A program made the translations under genes and the position numbers. The notes beneath the pieces are model-generated. The model saw nothing but the letters and a program-made list of their open reading frames with translations. It was not told the DNA's origin and made no database searches. From positions 30,888-94,887 of the IMG/VR virus record IMGVR_UViG_3300036893_000033: DNA of 64,000 nt. One strand, written 5' to 3'. Below are positions 48,849 to 59,512 of this stretch, piece by piece; position 1 is the first letter of the stretch; every line of letters begins with the position of its first letter. This DNA is from a virus.

Positions 48849-49673
48849 ATGAACAAGCTCGACACGGCCAAGCGAACACAGATCGTCAAATGCCTGGTTG
48901 ACGGCGTTTCCATTCGTGGCACCGTCCGCATTACTGGCGCATCGAAGAACACGATTGCGAAACTCCTGGTGGAGTTGGGCGCGGCGTGCTCCGAATACCT
49001 CGACAGGACGCTAGTGAATCTCAAAAGCAAGCGGATTCAGTGCGATGAAATATGGTCGTTCGTAGCAGCCAAAGAGAAGAACGTTACCCCTAAAATGGCG
49101 GCGGCAAAGTTCTGCGGTGACGCCTGAACCTGGGTAGCAATTGACGCCGACTCAAAGCTTATCTGCTCCTGGCTGATCGGCAAACGGGACGCGGGGTGCG
49201 CGACGGCATTCATTCAGGACTTAGCGGGACGCCTCAAGAATCGCGTGCAACTCACCACCGATGGCCTCAAGCTCTATCTCAACGCGGTTGCCGATGGGTT
49301 CGACGGAGACATCGACTACGCCATGCTGGTGAAGGTATACGGAACCGACCGTGAAGGCGAGAAGCGGTATAGCCCCGCTACATGCCTTGGCTGCGAGACC
49401 CACACGATCAAGGGCAACCCCGACCCTGCGCACATAAACACCAGCTACATTGAACGCCAGAACCTCACGATGCGCATGTCGATGCGCCGCTTTACCCGGC
49501 TAACGAATGCTTTTTCAAAGAAGCTTGAGAACCACATTGCGACCGTGGCGATCCACACGATGTATTACAACTTCGTGCGCATCCACCAAACGTTGCGGGT
49601 TACTCCAGCCATGGCGGCCGGCGTTACTGATCGGCTGTGGGCGGTGGAGGATCTGGTGGAGCTACTGGATTGA
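48849..49673 (+). pseudogene. IS1-family transposase with an in-frame TGA at 49125-49127
   Basis: N-terminal HTH, then IQCDEIWSFV, GDA*TWVAID, QLTTDG, NTSYIERQNLTMR and RRFTRLTNAFSKK, all in one frame. Confidence 0.9.
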
Positions 49674-50538
49674 GCGGGTCCGGTAATTCCCAGATGTACT
49701 GAAGACCGTATTGCCCGCGTGCTTGTTCCAGCTGCCTTAGTCCCTCAAAGCCTACGCTAACTGCCGACACATCCTCCGGCCCAGACCCAACTACAGGGGG
49801 TGAAATAACTATCAGTTTTGTGTCGGTACCTACGCCGACATTTTTCTCACTGTACTTTTTCGCCTCATAGACCACATACAAGGCCTGTTTCAGGGAATCC
49901 CTCGGCGTACAATCTCGCGCGTTCAGGAATACCGCAGCTATGGCCCCGCCACTGCCAACGGTCGCGAAAGACTGATTGAAGTAGACTGACGGCTTTGTTG
50001 TGCTGCCGATGCTGACACCGCTTATTACGGGCACTGCGCCGATGAAGCCACAGGCGAGAATATCTACCGCTGCGTCCTTCCTGTACATCGGGCTGCCAAT
50101 AAATGAGTTTCCGGCATTCATCAGTAATTCAAATACTCGTCCACGGTCCGACGGCGCTCCGTTAGCCAGGAATTCTGACTTTATCCAGCCGTGGAGCTCT
50201 TTGGCTCTTACCCAGTCGCCCGACATCATATCTACCCAGCCGAAAGCGAGTTTTCCTATCTTTCGGTTTCCGTCGCTTGATCCCGCATACGAGCCATCCA
50301 GTTTCGTGTCCGCACAGAGGACTATCTTCGGATCAGATATTTCCTGGCAAATCGCTGCGATGCAAACCGTCACTGGGTTCCGCTTTCCATTGGGCTTGGG
50401 CACAGGATATCGTACTTGCTTGAGCGGTCCGCGCGAGGGTGCCGGGCGTTGCAGAATCGGATGCCAGGTGGGCTGGATGTTTACCTCTCGATAGTGGCGC
50501 GGTTGATGTATACTTGCGGGTTCTGTAGCTGTTCGCAT
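49624..50538 (-). CDS. Proteasome-beta-like Ntn hydrolase (IS cargo); mature Thr at ~50370
   Basis: V|TVCIAAIC..VLCADTK..K..ATVGSGG.IA..L....VYEAKK....VG. Confidence 0.72.
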   Translation of the reverse strand: MRTATEPASIHQPRHYREVNIQPTWHPILQRPAPSRGPLKQVRYPVPKPNGKRNPVTVCIAAICQEISDPKIVLCADTKLDGSYAGSSDGNRKIGKLAFGWVDMMSGDWVRAKELHGWIKSEFLANGAPSDRGRVFELLMNAGNSFIGSPMYRKDAAVDILACGFIGAVPVISGVSIGSTTKPSVYFNQSFATVGSGGAIAAVFLNARDCTPRDSLKQALYVVYEAKKYSEKNVGVGTDTKLIVISPPVVGSGPEDVSAVSVGFEGLRQLEQARGQYGLQYIWELPDPLNPVAPPDPPPPTADQ

Positions 50539-50606
50539 TTGTCAATCCCCCTGTTTTTCAAACTGACCCACTACCGGAAATCCGGGCATGCAGGAAGGGA
50601 TGTTGA

Positions 50607-50888
50607 TCACGACCTATATCCCCTCGGAAGGTTATCCGTCCCCTGCTTCCACCCCGATCCACCGCACTCCACGCAGGCTACCAGCGTAGTCCCTCCAGTC
50701 CCATCGCAACCCGCGCATTTATTCTCCACAGAACGGGACTTACCGCAGTAGCAGGATTTTACCTTGGCCCGCCCACGGGCGCTGACAAAAACCTGCGGAT
50801 GGTTGCTGGCGGCGCAGCGCAGGTATTTCGCCTGGGTGATACTGGCGTAGCGGTTGGTTGTGGCGGCAAGGCTCATCGGGCTGCTCAT
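50607..50888 (-). CDS. Zinc-finger protein (CxxCxGxG repeats)
   Basis: CAGCDGTG..CVECGGSG. Confidence 0.6.
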   Translation of the reverse strand: MSSPMSLAATTNRYASITQAKYLRCAASNHPQVFVSARGRAKVKSCYCGKSRSVENKCAGCDGTGGTTLVACVECGGSGWKQGTDNLPRGYRS

Positions 50889-51076
50889 CGGGTCACCCTC
50901 GCTCGTCTGCGGTCGCCCAGTTCCTCGCGGGCCACGAAGTGCTCGATGGATCTCGCGGCAAATTCTCCCACGCGGTATCCCTTAGCAACGCACAGCGCCC
51001 TGAGTCTCTTGTGGAGCGGGCACGGTATGTTTACCACGCTCTTGTTTACCACGCTCTTTGGTGTTTTTTCAGGCAT
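50885..51076 (-). CDS. RHH-like regulator
   Basis: VVNIPCPLHKRLRALCVAKGYRVGEFAARSIE; divergent from the early operon. Confidence 0.6.
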   Translation of the reverse strand: MPEKTPKSVVNKSVVNIPCPLHKRLRALCVAKGYRVGEFAARSIEHFVAREELGDRRRARVTR

Positions 51077-51158
51077 CCTGTGTGTCATCATAAAACAATC
51101 CACTGGGAAAAGCAAATAAATATTGACACCGCTCCGCTGTTTCGTTTACCATCGTTCC

Positions 51159-51440
51159 ATGCCCGAACAATCAAGGGAGCTCTCCAGGCTTTCCACCGCC
51201 GAAGCGCTGCCGATCATCCGCAGGCTAACAAAGGTCCAGCGGGAGGTGTTTTCGCGTATCTGCGTTAACGATGAATCGTACCTGGCGAAGCAAACCGCGC
51301 TGGCGCTTCAACGCAAGGGTTTGATCAAGTACGGAATCGTCCCGCGAGGGCTCAGCCTGTACCGCGCCGAAGTGGCCAGCGCCGCTGTGCATATTGCGTG
51401 GTGCGAGTGGTGTGAGGAAGCCTTAAGGGAGGAAGCGTGA
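51159..51440 (+). CDS. Hypothetical protein, first gene of the early operon
   Basis: TTGACA(51123)-N18-TACCAT(51147); ATG 6 nt later. Confidence 0.6.
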   Translation: MPEQSRELSRLSTAEALPIIRRLTKVQREVFSRICVNDESYLAKQTALALQRKGLIKYGIVPRGLSLYRAEVASAAVHIAWCEWCEEALREEA

Positions 51441-52189
51441 ATCTCGCCCGCCCACTGGTTATCCTCGACACTGAAACGACCGGCGTGGACCCCGTAAACT
51501 CACGACTGATAGAACTCGGCGTGGTGGTTCTATTTCCCGACGGCACCATCAAGAAGGGGCAGAAACGCTTCAACCCCGGCATTCCGATCCCAGCCGAAGC
51601 GACCACTGTCCACGGCATCTCCGATGCGGACGTAGCCGATTGCCCACCGTTCTCCGCGTGCGCTGCGAAGATTCACAAGACACTGACTGGCCGCGACATT
51701 GCGGGCTACAACCTGCGCTCTCTCGATCTTCCCGTCCTCGATGAAGAACTCCGTCGCTGTGGCCTGAAACTCGACCTGGAAGGCGTCAATATCATCGACG
51801 CCTTCAGTATCTATCAGAAAAAAGATCCCCGAACCCTCGAAGCCGCCGTGCAGAAATACTGTGGTCGGTCGCATGAAGGCGCGCATGGAGCCGCTGCTGA
51901 CGCCGCCGCAACGCTGGATGTGCTGAAGGGGCAGTTGGGTATGTATGAGGATCTGGCCGGGATGGGAATGGAGGAGCTGGCGTTGTTCTGCCAGCGAGGG
52001 GAGAATCAACCAGCGGACCTTGCGGGCAAACTGTACTTCAAGGACGGCTTCCTGTATTACGGGTTCGGCAAGAATAAGGACTGCCGGGTCAAGGATGAGC
52101 CGGGGTTCGGGAGATGGATGTTAGGCAAGGACTTCAGCGGATCGACGCTGGATTGCCTGCGGTCCGAGATGGATAGGTGGGGGTTATGA
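51437..52189 (+). CDS. DEDDh 3'-5' exonuclease (DnaQ-like)
   Basis: ILDTETTG, GYNL..LD, AHGAAAD. Confidence 0.92.
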   Translation: MNLARPLVILDTETTGVDPVNSRLIELGVVVLFPDGTIKKGQKRFNPGIPIPAEATTVHGISDADVADCPPFSACAAKIHKTLTGRDIAGYNLRSLDLPVLDEELRRCGLKLDLEGVNIIDAFSIYQKKDPRTLEAAVQKYCGRSHEGAHGAAADAAATLDVLKGQLGMYEDLAGMGMEELALFCQRGENQPADLAGKLYFKDGFLYYGFGKNKDCRVKDEPGFGRWMLGKDFSGSTLDCLRSEMDRWGL

Positions 52190-52433
52190 AAAGGATAATT
52201 AACAGAGCCATCAGGTGGTATCTGTCCAGATTCTGCACATGCGAGAAGGTCGTTTTGGACCTGTTTGCGATCCACGGAGAACCTCGCGCCATTGAGGTTA
52301 AGTACTGCGATCTATGCGGCAGGCTGCAAACGCAAGACAAGGTCGCAGCCTTAACGCGGCACGCGCCAGTCGAGCGTTTCTGGCACAGTATCAGGCTGCT
52401 TAACAGCCCAATACCTGGCCCAGGGTGGTGGAA

Positions 52434-53651
52434 GTGACCGACCCCACGCAGTCAAGAGCGGATTTCATAGCCAGCAGACAACTTGGGATCGGTGGTAGTG
52501 ATCTCGGCTCCCTGCTGTCGGACCACCTGCCAGTGGAGTACGGTTGTGCCAGAAAATTATGGTATCGACTTAGCGGTTATCCGCCGGATAGCCACGAAGA
52601 TGCAACGGAGCCGATGTTATTGGGCAGCTTGCTCGAAAAATACATCCTTCGTGCGTACAGCAGCCACACCGGTCGCAAGGTAACGCAGGTCGGACTGCAA
52701 CGGCATCCGACCGTGCCGTGTCTTCAGTATCACGATGACGGCATTGCCGATCCCGCCGTTGACGACAGCCCCGCCGTTAAAAGAGTTGTTGAGTGCAAAG
52801 GCATTGGGCGCGAGATGATGGCAAAGGTAAACTCCAGCGGCTTGGTTCCGGATTATATTTATCAGGGGCAAGGGGGGATGGCTGCGCACGGGCTTGAAGT
52901 ATGCGATTACGCAGTGGGGCAGCGAGAAGACCTATTGCCGCTGGTGGCTATCGAGTTAACCGCCCGCATCGAAGGAGATCCGATACCGACGCTCCCCCGC
53001 CGCCCGAAGTTGGTTACCTTCCCTGTTGAGCGCAGCCCCGAGATCATCGGACTCATCGAAGATTACGCGCCGAAGTTTTGGGATACGCTCAGGAACGAGC
53101 AGAAAATGCCGCCGCGCCTGGATTACCAGGACACCAGGTGCTCGCGATGCCGCTACAGGGTTACCTGTCAGGGGCAAGCCATCATGGAAGGCGTCCAGCC
53201 CGAGACATCCATCCCCACGCGCACCGATTTGTCCCCGCTGATCCAACGCTACCGCAACGCCGTGGCCATCCAGTCAGAGGCGGAGGAACTGGTCACCGGG
53301 ATCGAGGATGAGTTCCGGCAGATATTCGGCGGACATACCGCGTTCCAGGTTCTGGTCACCATCGAGAAAGACGGGCGGTTCGAACAGAAGTGGAAGAATA
53401 TCCTGTACCGTCTCCAGAAGGGCCGCGAGACGGTGGACGGCAAGCGGTTGGTGCCGCAGTACGATGCGCTCAGAAGGGCGGCTATCGAGGCGGGGGTGCC
53501 AGGTGCGGAGTTGACGCCGCCGTCGGGTAAGTTTATTAGGACCGGACTGCCTGTACGGCCACTCCGGCTCTCCGGCCTGCTGCCGCCGAAGCCCAAGAAG
53601 GCCGGCGATGTGCCGGAGGTGGATGGGATGGACGGTGGCGACGATGAGTGA
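52434..53651 (+). CDS. YqaJ/lambda-exonuclease-like recombination nuclease
   Basis: RQLGIGGSD, G.LLE, DG..VECK, YIYQGQ; CSRCRYRVTC. Confidence 0.85.
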   Translation: MTDPTQSRADFIASRQLGIGGSDLGSLLSDHLPVEYGCARKLWYRLSGYPPDSHEDATEPMLLGSLLEKYILRAYSSHTGRKVTQVGLQRHPTVPCLQYHDDGIADPAVDDSPAVKRVVECKGIGREMMAKVNSSGLVPDYIYQGQGGMAAHGLEVCDYAVGQREDLLPLVAIELTARIEGDPIPTLPRRPKLVTFPVERSPEIIGLIEDYAPKFWDTLRNEQKMPPRLDYQDTRCSRCRYRVTCQGQAIMEGVQPETSIPTRTDLSPLIQRYRNAVAIQSEAEELVTGIEDEFRQIFGGHTAFQVLVTIEKDGRFEQKWKNILYRLQKGRETVDGKRLVPQYDALRRAAIEAGVPGAELTPPSGKFIRTGLPVRPLRLSGLLPPKPKKAGDVPEVDGMDGGDDE

Positions 53652-53671
53652 CCACGAACGGCAGCAAATCC

Positions 53672-53701
53672 TTGACAAAGCGATACCGATATCGCTATAC
53701 T
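53672..53701 (+). promoter_or_regulatory. Promoter with palindromic operator
   Basis: TTGACA-N18-TATACT containing AGCGATA-CCGA-TATCGCT. Confidence 0.75.
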
Positions 53702-53708
53702 TCTAGTC

Positions 53709-53912
53709 ATGCCTGAGCAAAAAATGAAACAGGTCGCCGTAAGGATGCCGGAACCGCTGCGTAGGGCGGCTGTGAAAATGGCCAAACGCGAGAAGATGTC
53801 TTTTGGGCGCTTCGTTCGGCAGGCCGTGGATTCGCATATCGAGACCCTGAAGCAGTGGAGACCGACCGGGGATGACGGTTGGATGTCGTCTAAGAACAGC
53901 GAGGTTCTGTGA
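53709..53912 (+). CDS. RHH DNA-binding protein
   Basis: KQVAVRMPEPLRRAAVKMAKREKMSFGRFVRQAV. Confidence 0.8.
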   Translation: MPEQKMKQVAVRMPEPLRRAAVKMAKREKMSFGRFVRQAVDSHIETLKQWRPTGDDGWMSSKNSEVL

Positions 53913-55061
53913 AACGCCAAACCATCTCCGAAACCAGATATCCGACATACGTTCTGCGTGTCACGGCGAAAGGATTCAGGTCCGCGTCAGACAAGAACGC
54001 AGTGCTGGTGGCTAGGGAGTCCAAGAATCTGATTCGTGGCCGTTTTGATGGACCAAGGATGGTTCTCACCCGCTCCGAGATCGCTAAGCTGGCGGAGTTG
54101 TTTCCGGTGGAGGGAAAATCGTGAAGCTGAAGCACTTTGACGGCAAAACTCGTGGTGGAGCGCCACGCCAGGGCAGGAGACGAAAGGTAATCACATGAAA
54201 CTTAGAGCGAGTCTCAGCGGAAACCCCGATGGAACGTACCCAGAGTTTATCGCGGTCGCGCTTAACAAGGAAGACTGCATCCTTCTTGTCCAGCACCGAA
54301 ACGGCTACATGAGCCATAACGGTGACCGTGGTTGGACGAAAGGCACATACGATAAGTGGACAGAGTTGTGGTATTCGATAGCGGAACATGCTGGCGTGGC
54401 ACTGGATCGCGGCGTGAGCAATGAAGCGAGGGTGAAGTAATGGCCGATAAGGCATCATGCCGCGCAAGGGTACACGACGAAGGTAGGGGCGTGGGCTTCC
54501 ACGGCTGCTCAAATGCCGCCACCACGGCTGCCGGTTATTGCGGGACACATGACCCGGACAAACAGAAGGCACGTAAGGCATATGCGCCGAAGTGCGCCTA
54601 CGTTGATGAGGTGACAGGCGAGCCGGATTGTTCAACGACGGTCAGGGGCACGAAGTATTGCGCATGGCACGAGGATTCCGTGGCGAGACGCCGGATACAC
54701 GCGCAGGCCCGGTCTCAGCAACATACCCTGGCGTGGCTGGAAACCAAGCGTGGGTGCTCAGTGGTCGCGATTGACGATGTTATATCGCGGTTGACGGTGG
54801 TGCTTAAAAATACCTAGTTACGGCGGAGACATTGTGACCACCACCATCCCCACCTCCGTATCCCCGAACGTCGAAGGCGCTCACCACGAGACATTGGAAG
54901 GGGCGCGGGAGCGGATAAGCTTCGCGCTCAGTGATCTGGAGAACAGTATCCTCATGTGGCGCGATGCCGAAGCGAACTCCGCCAGCACCGGCGCGGATAT
55001 CGAGGACGCACGGAGGATCCGGTCGGCGCTTCTTTGCTATTGTATTTTGCAAAACGATTAG
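53909..55061 (+). CDS. Run of small hypothetical early genes (53909-54124, 54195-54440, 54440-54817 Cys/His finger, 54834-55061)
   Basis: Closely packed same-strand ORFs. Confidence 0.55.
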
Positions 55062-55078
55062 AAGAGAGGGAGTAGACA

Positions 55079-56578
55079 ATGAGCACACAAGCAGCACTAC
55101 CCAAGCCAGAATACGGAAAACTATTCGGGGTTACCTACGACAAAGACACAAAGGCTGCGATAGTCCGCGCCCCGCGAGTACTCAAGGTGGGAATCGGAAT
55201 ACCGCGTGGGCGTGCGGTACACGTCTTCATGCACAACGGAGACTGGATCATCCGCTTCGGGGCATGGGAAAACACTGGCGGCAAGCAGAGGCTGGTGATG
55301 AAGACCGTCTACCGTGGCGGACAGAACGGCCTCAGTAACAAGCAGTCCGACGTTGAGGCCTGGTACCGCGCCCACAAGCAGGACGCTGCCGTATCCAATC
55401 GCCCGCAGAAGATTCCGCATTTCACGTTCACTGCCCGGAATGTCGTTGAGGATGAGGGCGGTAGGCCAGTCGAGGTGTTTGAGCCTGACTTTGACGCGAT
55501 CTTCGCTCACGGGGACAGTCCAAAGCGCATCCCAGTCATCCTCACTTCTGATTCGCCGCTCAGGCAAAGCGACGAAATGTGGAGTGCCACCGAACTCAAG
55601 TGCCACGGAGACGGGCTGCTAGCCGAGCGCGTCATCTCAATGGGTTCAGTGAAAGATCAGTACTGGCAGCAAGCGAAAGATGCTGGACTGAATATGTTTC
55701 CAGTCCAGCCCTGCCGCCTCGGCGGATGCCCGTTCTCGGGCAAAGAGTGCAAATTTATGTCAGTTATTGAGGTTCAGTTAGCACTCAGCCTGCGCCTCGG
55801 GGCTACCGCCTATTTCACCAGCACAGGCGAGGTAACGGCAAAGCGCCTGTTTTCGTCTCTCACGAGCATCAGGTCCGTTCTGGACAAGATGGGGTACTCG
55901 CTGGTGGGCGTCCCGATGTATATGACGCTCAGCAGTTTTCGCGCCAACCACGAAGGGAAAGCATCCAGCCAGCCGTGCGTGTCGCTGGAACTCACCGCTG
56001 CCGGGTCGAAGGCGCTGAATCTTCTGCTGGCTGAGAACGCATGGACACCTACAAAGATCGCAGAGGTCGGTCGCCAGATCAGCGCAGCCCCGGAAGATAT
56101 GCTGGTGGATGCGCCTTCCCAGGTGCTGGCCCCGGCTATCATGGCTGAGTTCTCTGAAGTGGAGTTTGACGATGATGAACCAGCGGCGACCCAGCCCATT
56201 CCCGCCGCCGTAAAAACCGCAGAGAAAACCGACGCCATAACCGAACGGATCAGGACGGCGAAGGCCACTGGCGCGGCGGTCCCCACAGACCCCGGAGCCG
56301 CGCAGAACGAGGTGCAGCAGGCGGCTCCAGCCACTCAGCAGCCTCCCGAGCCCAAGCCCTCCACCGCCGGCGTCACCTGGTCCGACCGCGCCAGCATGAA
56401 CAGCGCGTTTAAGCAGCAACAGGAGCGCATTGGAAGGGCAGCGTTCGAAGCACTGGTCAGCACACATGGGATCATGTTCGGATCACTGAAGCATGACGAC
56501 CCGAAGGCCGGCCAGTTTTATGCGGATCTGGTGGGGTATGTGGTGGGCAGCGCAGCGGCGGTCGAAGACGTCTTTTAA
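55079..56578 (+). CDS. Gp3-like recombination-associated protein
   Basis: LKCHGDG..A.R and C...GCP...KECK motifs; sits between YqaJ and the ATPase. Confidence 0.6.
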   Translation: MSTQAALPKPEYGKLFGVTYDKDTKAAIVRAPRVLKVGIGIPRGRAVHVFMHNGDWIIRFGAWENTGGKQRLVMKTVYRGGQNGLSNKQSDVEAWYRAHKQDAAVSNRPQKIPHFTFTARNVVEDEGGRPVEVFEPDFDAIFAHGDSPKRIPVILTSDSPLRQSDEMWSATELKCHGDGLLAERVISMGSVKDQYWQQAKDAGLNMFPVQPCRLGGCPFSGKECKFMSVIEVQLALSLRLGATAYFTSTGEVTAKRLFSSLTSIRSVLDKMGYSLVGVPMYMTLSSFRANHEGKASSQPCVSLELTAAGSKALNLLLAENAWTPTKIAEVGRQISAAPEDMLVDAPSQVLAPAIMAEFSEVEFDDDEPAATQPIPAAVKTAEKTDAITERIRTAKATGAAVPTDPGAAQNEVQQAAPATQQPPEPKPSTAGVTWSDRASMNSAFKQQQERIGRAAFEALVSTHGIMFGSLKHDDPKAGQFYADLVGYVVGSAAAVEDVF

Positions 56579-56606
56579 GGTTTCGGCTTCTGACTGAGCC
56601 GAGAGC

Positions 56607-56657
56607 GCCCCGCCGCCGCGTACTCGGGGGAGATGGCGGCGGCGGGGTGTAGTTTTT
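56607..56657 (+). terminator. Putative intrinsic terminator/attenuator
   Basis: GCCCCGCCGCCGC...GCGGCGGCGGGGT stem, then GTAGTTTTT. Confidence 0.6.
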
Positions 56658-56669
56658 GAGAGGGGAAAT

Positions 56670-58004
56670 TTGATGCGAATACTTAAGCTGACCGCCGAAC
56701 ATGTGAAAAGACTAAAGGTCGTTGAGATCACTCCGAAAGGTGACGTGGTTACGATCAGCGGGAAAAATGCCTCCGGCAAGACCAGTTTGCTCGACAGCAT
56801 ATACATGGCCCTCGCCGGTAAATCCGCGATCCCGTCCCAGCCGATCCACACAGGCTGCGACCGGGCGCGGATCGAGCTTGACTTAGGCGCTATCACCGTT
56901 GAGCGACGGTTCACCGCCTCTGGCACCACGGTAACGGTTACGAACGCGGAAGGCGCGTCGTATAAGTCTCCACAGAAGATGCTGGACGATCTGTTGGGGT
57001 CGCTCAGCTTCGATCCGTTGCAGTTCAGCCGCATGGACGCTCGTACCCAGTACGCCACACTGCGGAATCTTGTTAAGCTCGACGTTGATATCGACGCTCT
57101 CGACGCTGCCAACAAAGCCGACTACGACGCACGCACGGAGATCAACCGGCAGACGAAGCAGTTAACCGCGCGCGCTGAGGCTATCGCTGTCGTGGCCGCC
57201 GAGCCAGTGGACGAGGTTTACCTGCTGGACGCTATCGAGAAGGCCGGGCAGGTTAATGCGGACATTCAGAAGCGGCAGCAGAATCGCGACAAGGCCCTCC
57301 AGACGGTATCCGATCTGGCCGTAAAGCAGCAGAAGGCGCGGGATAAAGTCACCCCAACCAGGGAGCGGGCCGTTGAGCGCATCTCTGAACTGGAGAGGCA
57401 GATCAGAACGATCCGCGAGGAGATGGAGGCAGAGGTGAGCGGCCTGATGACTGAGGCGCAGGCTGCTGTCGATGAAGCCGATGCGCTCAAGGCCAGACTC
57501 GCCGCCGCCCCTCCCCTGCCGACGCCCGTGGTTATCTCCGACCTCCGCGCTCAACTCGACGCTGCCCGCGTCGCTAACGCTGCCGTAGCGCGGCTCCGTG
57601 AGCGCGATGCCCTGCTGTTGGAGTCTCAGCAGTCCGAGGCTATCTCCCAGGGCTACACCGCCGCCATCGCTGCCCGAGAAAAACAGAAGTCCGACGCTAT
57701 CGCTGCCGCCGACATGCCGGTCCCCGACCTCAGCTTCGGCGACGGAGCGGTGCTGTACAGGGGGCTGCCGTTCGATCAGGCCAGTAGCGCGGAGCAGTTG
57801 CGGGTGTCTACCAGTATCGCTATGGCGTTGAACCCTAAGCTAAGGGTAATTCGGATCAAAGACGGCGGACTGCTCGACGATGACGGACTTGCACTGTTGG
57901 GGCAGATGGCGGCAGAGAAAGATTTTCAGGTGTGGTTGGAATCCGTGAAATCCGATGACCCTGCCGCCATAATCATGGAAGACGGTGCGATTAAAGCCGC
58001 ATGA
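56670..58004 (+). CDS. SMC/Rad50-like ATPase
   Basis: GKNASGKTS, long coiled coil, ASSAEQ signature, IRIKDG.LLD. Confidence 0.88.
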   Translation: MMRILKLTAEHVKRLKVVEITPKGDVVTISGKNASGKTSLLDSIYMALAGKSAIPSQPIHTGCDRARIELDLGAITVERRFTASGTTVTVTNAEGASYKSPQKMLDDLLGSLSFDPLQFSRMDARTQYATLRNLVKLDVDIDALDAANKADYDARTEINRQTKQLTARAEAIAVVAAEPVDEVYLLDAIEKAGQVNADIQKRQQNRDKALQTVSDLAVKQQKARDKVTPTRERAVERISELERQIRTIREEMEAEVSGLMTEAQAAVDEADALKARLAAAPPLPTPVVISDLRAQLDAARVANAAVARLRERDALLLESQQSEAISQGYTAAIAAREKQKSDAIAAADMPVPDLSFGDGAVLYRGLPFDQASSAEQLRVSTSIAMALNPKLRVIRIKDGGLLDDDGLALLGQMAAEKDFQVWLESVKSDDPAAIIMEDGAIKAA

Positions 58005-58170
58005 GCAGCCCCGCCGCAGTAGCACAACGCGCACTCGACGAGGCGCAGACCGCTGCGCTGGTCGCCGAAAAAGGTTACATGCTCCGCATTCTGTTGTCGG
58101 CCCTGAATCATATTGCCTCTGGAGGTAAGCGGGAGACGGAGAGGTGGGCGGGACTACGGAAGGATTCTGA

Positions 58171-59434
58171 GTGGTGAGCGAATACAACATGACCGAAGGG
58201 GCGCACGACAGCCAGCATGAGACTGGCCACATTGAAGATCCGCCTGAGAATGAAGGCTGCATACTCTGTGGCCGACCGACCTGCAACCAAGGATGCCTGC
58301 ACATGAAAGTCTTCTACCTGAACGACTGCGACTGGTACATCGCTGCAACCCTCGAAGAGGCCAAGGGGCAATGTGCCGCCGATACTGGCCTGCCAGTTGA
58401 TGAGGCCACCGAGCCAGACGCCCACGAGTTGACAGATGAGGACCTCGACCGGCTTATATTCATGGACGAAGATGAAGGAAAGCTAACCTTCAGACAGGAA
58501 CTGGAACGGCAGATAGCGACAGGCAACACCAAGCCGCGAATGTTCGCAAGCACGGAGTATTGACTATGAACGCCCACTACCTGCACCTCCCCGACGGCAC
58601 CCCTACTAAATGGAGTCAGTGCGGGGTGTGCCACTCCGTAGCGTGTCCGGGAAACTTCGATCTGAGTGAAAAATGCTGCACCTGCTACGACTGCGGACTG
58701 CCCCTGCCGACAGACGAGCGCGTGCCATACGCCTACGGCAAGGGTCATCGCTTGCTCTATCACCGCGAGTGCGAAGGCAAGCGCCGCAATGAACGTGAAC
58801 AAAAGAAACTGGAAGAAGCTGAACTCATCCCCGAATACAATGGTCCCGTTTACTGCGACGGTCGGAGCGGTAGTTTTGGCGATGGCTACTTTGCCGACGT
58901 GGATAGGCTGGCCGAAGACTTCGAGGGCGAAGACGATACGCCCGAGTTCGCTTTCTGCTGCACGGAGCACCCGTTCCCGGCAATCAACGTCAGTGGGCTG
59001 CTGGAGTCCTACTGCGACGACATGGACGATGAGGCCTACGAACGGTTGGAGGGCATCGAGGAACTGGAGTCCGCGTGCGAGGCGTTCAGAGAGAAAAACA
59101 GTGGCGTTACCTCATGGTACGTGGATTATAAGCGGAAGGTGCGGATACCGCACGCTGTACGGGAGGCCACCGCATGAGACTTTACGTCTGGCAGGATCAT
59201 AACAGTTTTCTCGTAGTAGCCCACGCCGCAAACGTGCCCGATGGACGCCGCCTTGCACTTCAGGAACTAGGCGCCCCCGACGGCACCAGCACCACCCGGA
59301 AGCGCGCCATCGACTTCGTTACCGCAAACAACCCGACCATCTACATCGGTAATAATGCGGAGTACGCGCTTGAGGAGGAATGGGATGGCGACCCGAAGAA
59401 CCGGGAGATTGTGGGGATAACGCATTTCTCGTAG
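58171..59434 (+). CDS. Three hypothetical genes (58171-58563, 58560-59177 Cys-rich, 59174-59434)
   Basis: Coupled ORFs. Confidence 0.55.
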
Positions 59435-59512
59435 AATGTGGTTGACTTTTTATCATGCTAGCTACATAATGACATATCATAGATATAGTACACATCCATT
59501 AGCCATACAAAC

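Larger units (their letters stand above)
47684..50575. mobile_element. IS1-family element with passenger genes (2892 bp)
   Basis: Perfect 20-bp terminal inverted repeats GGTAGTGGGTCAGTTTGAAA (47684-47703 and 50556-50575) enclose a DDE transposase. Confidence 0.9.

Noticed and set aside
49125-49127. Genome-wide TGA-to-Trp recoding
   Set aside because: TGA ends many genes in ATGA overlaps, and no other conserved gene is interrupted.
47675-50584. Clean target-site duplication for the IS
   Set aside because: Flanking 9-mers match at only 6 of 9 positions, so it cannot be asserted.
50607-50888. Split DnaJ (zinc finger here plus J-domain at 4231)
   Set aside because: CxxCxGxG fingers are common stand-alone phage motifs and the genes are 46 kb apart.
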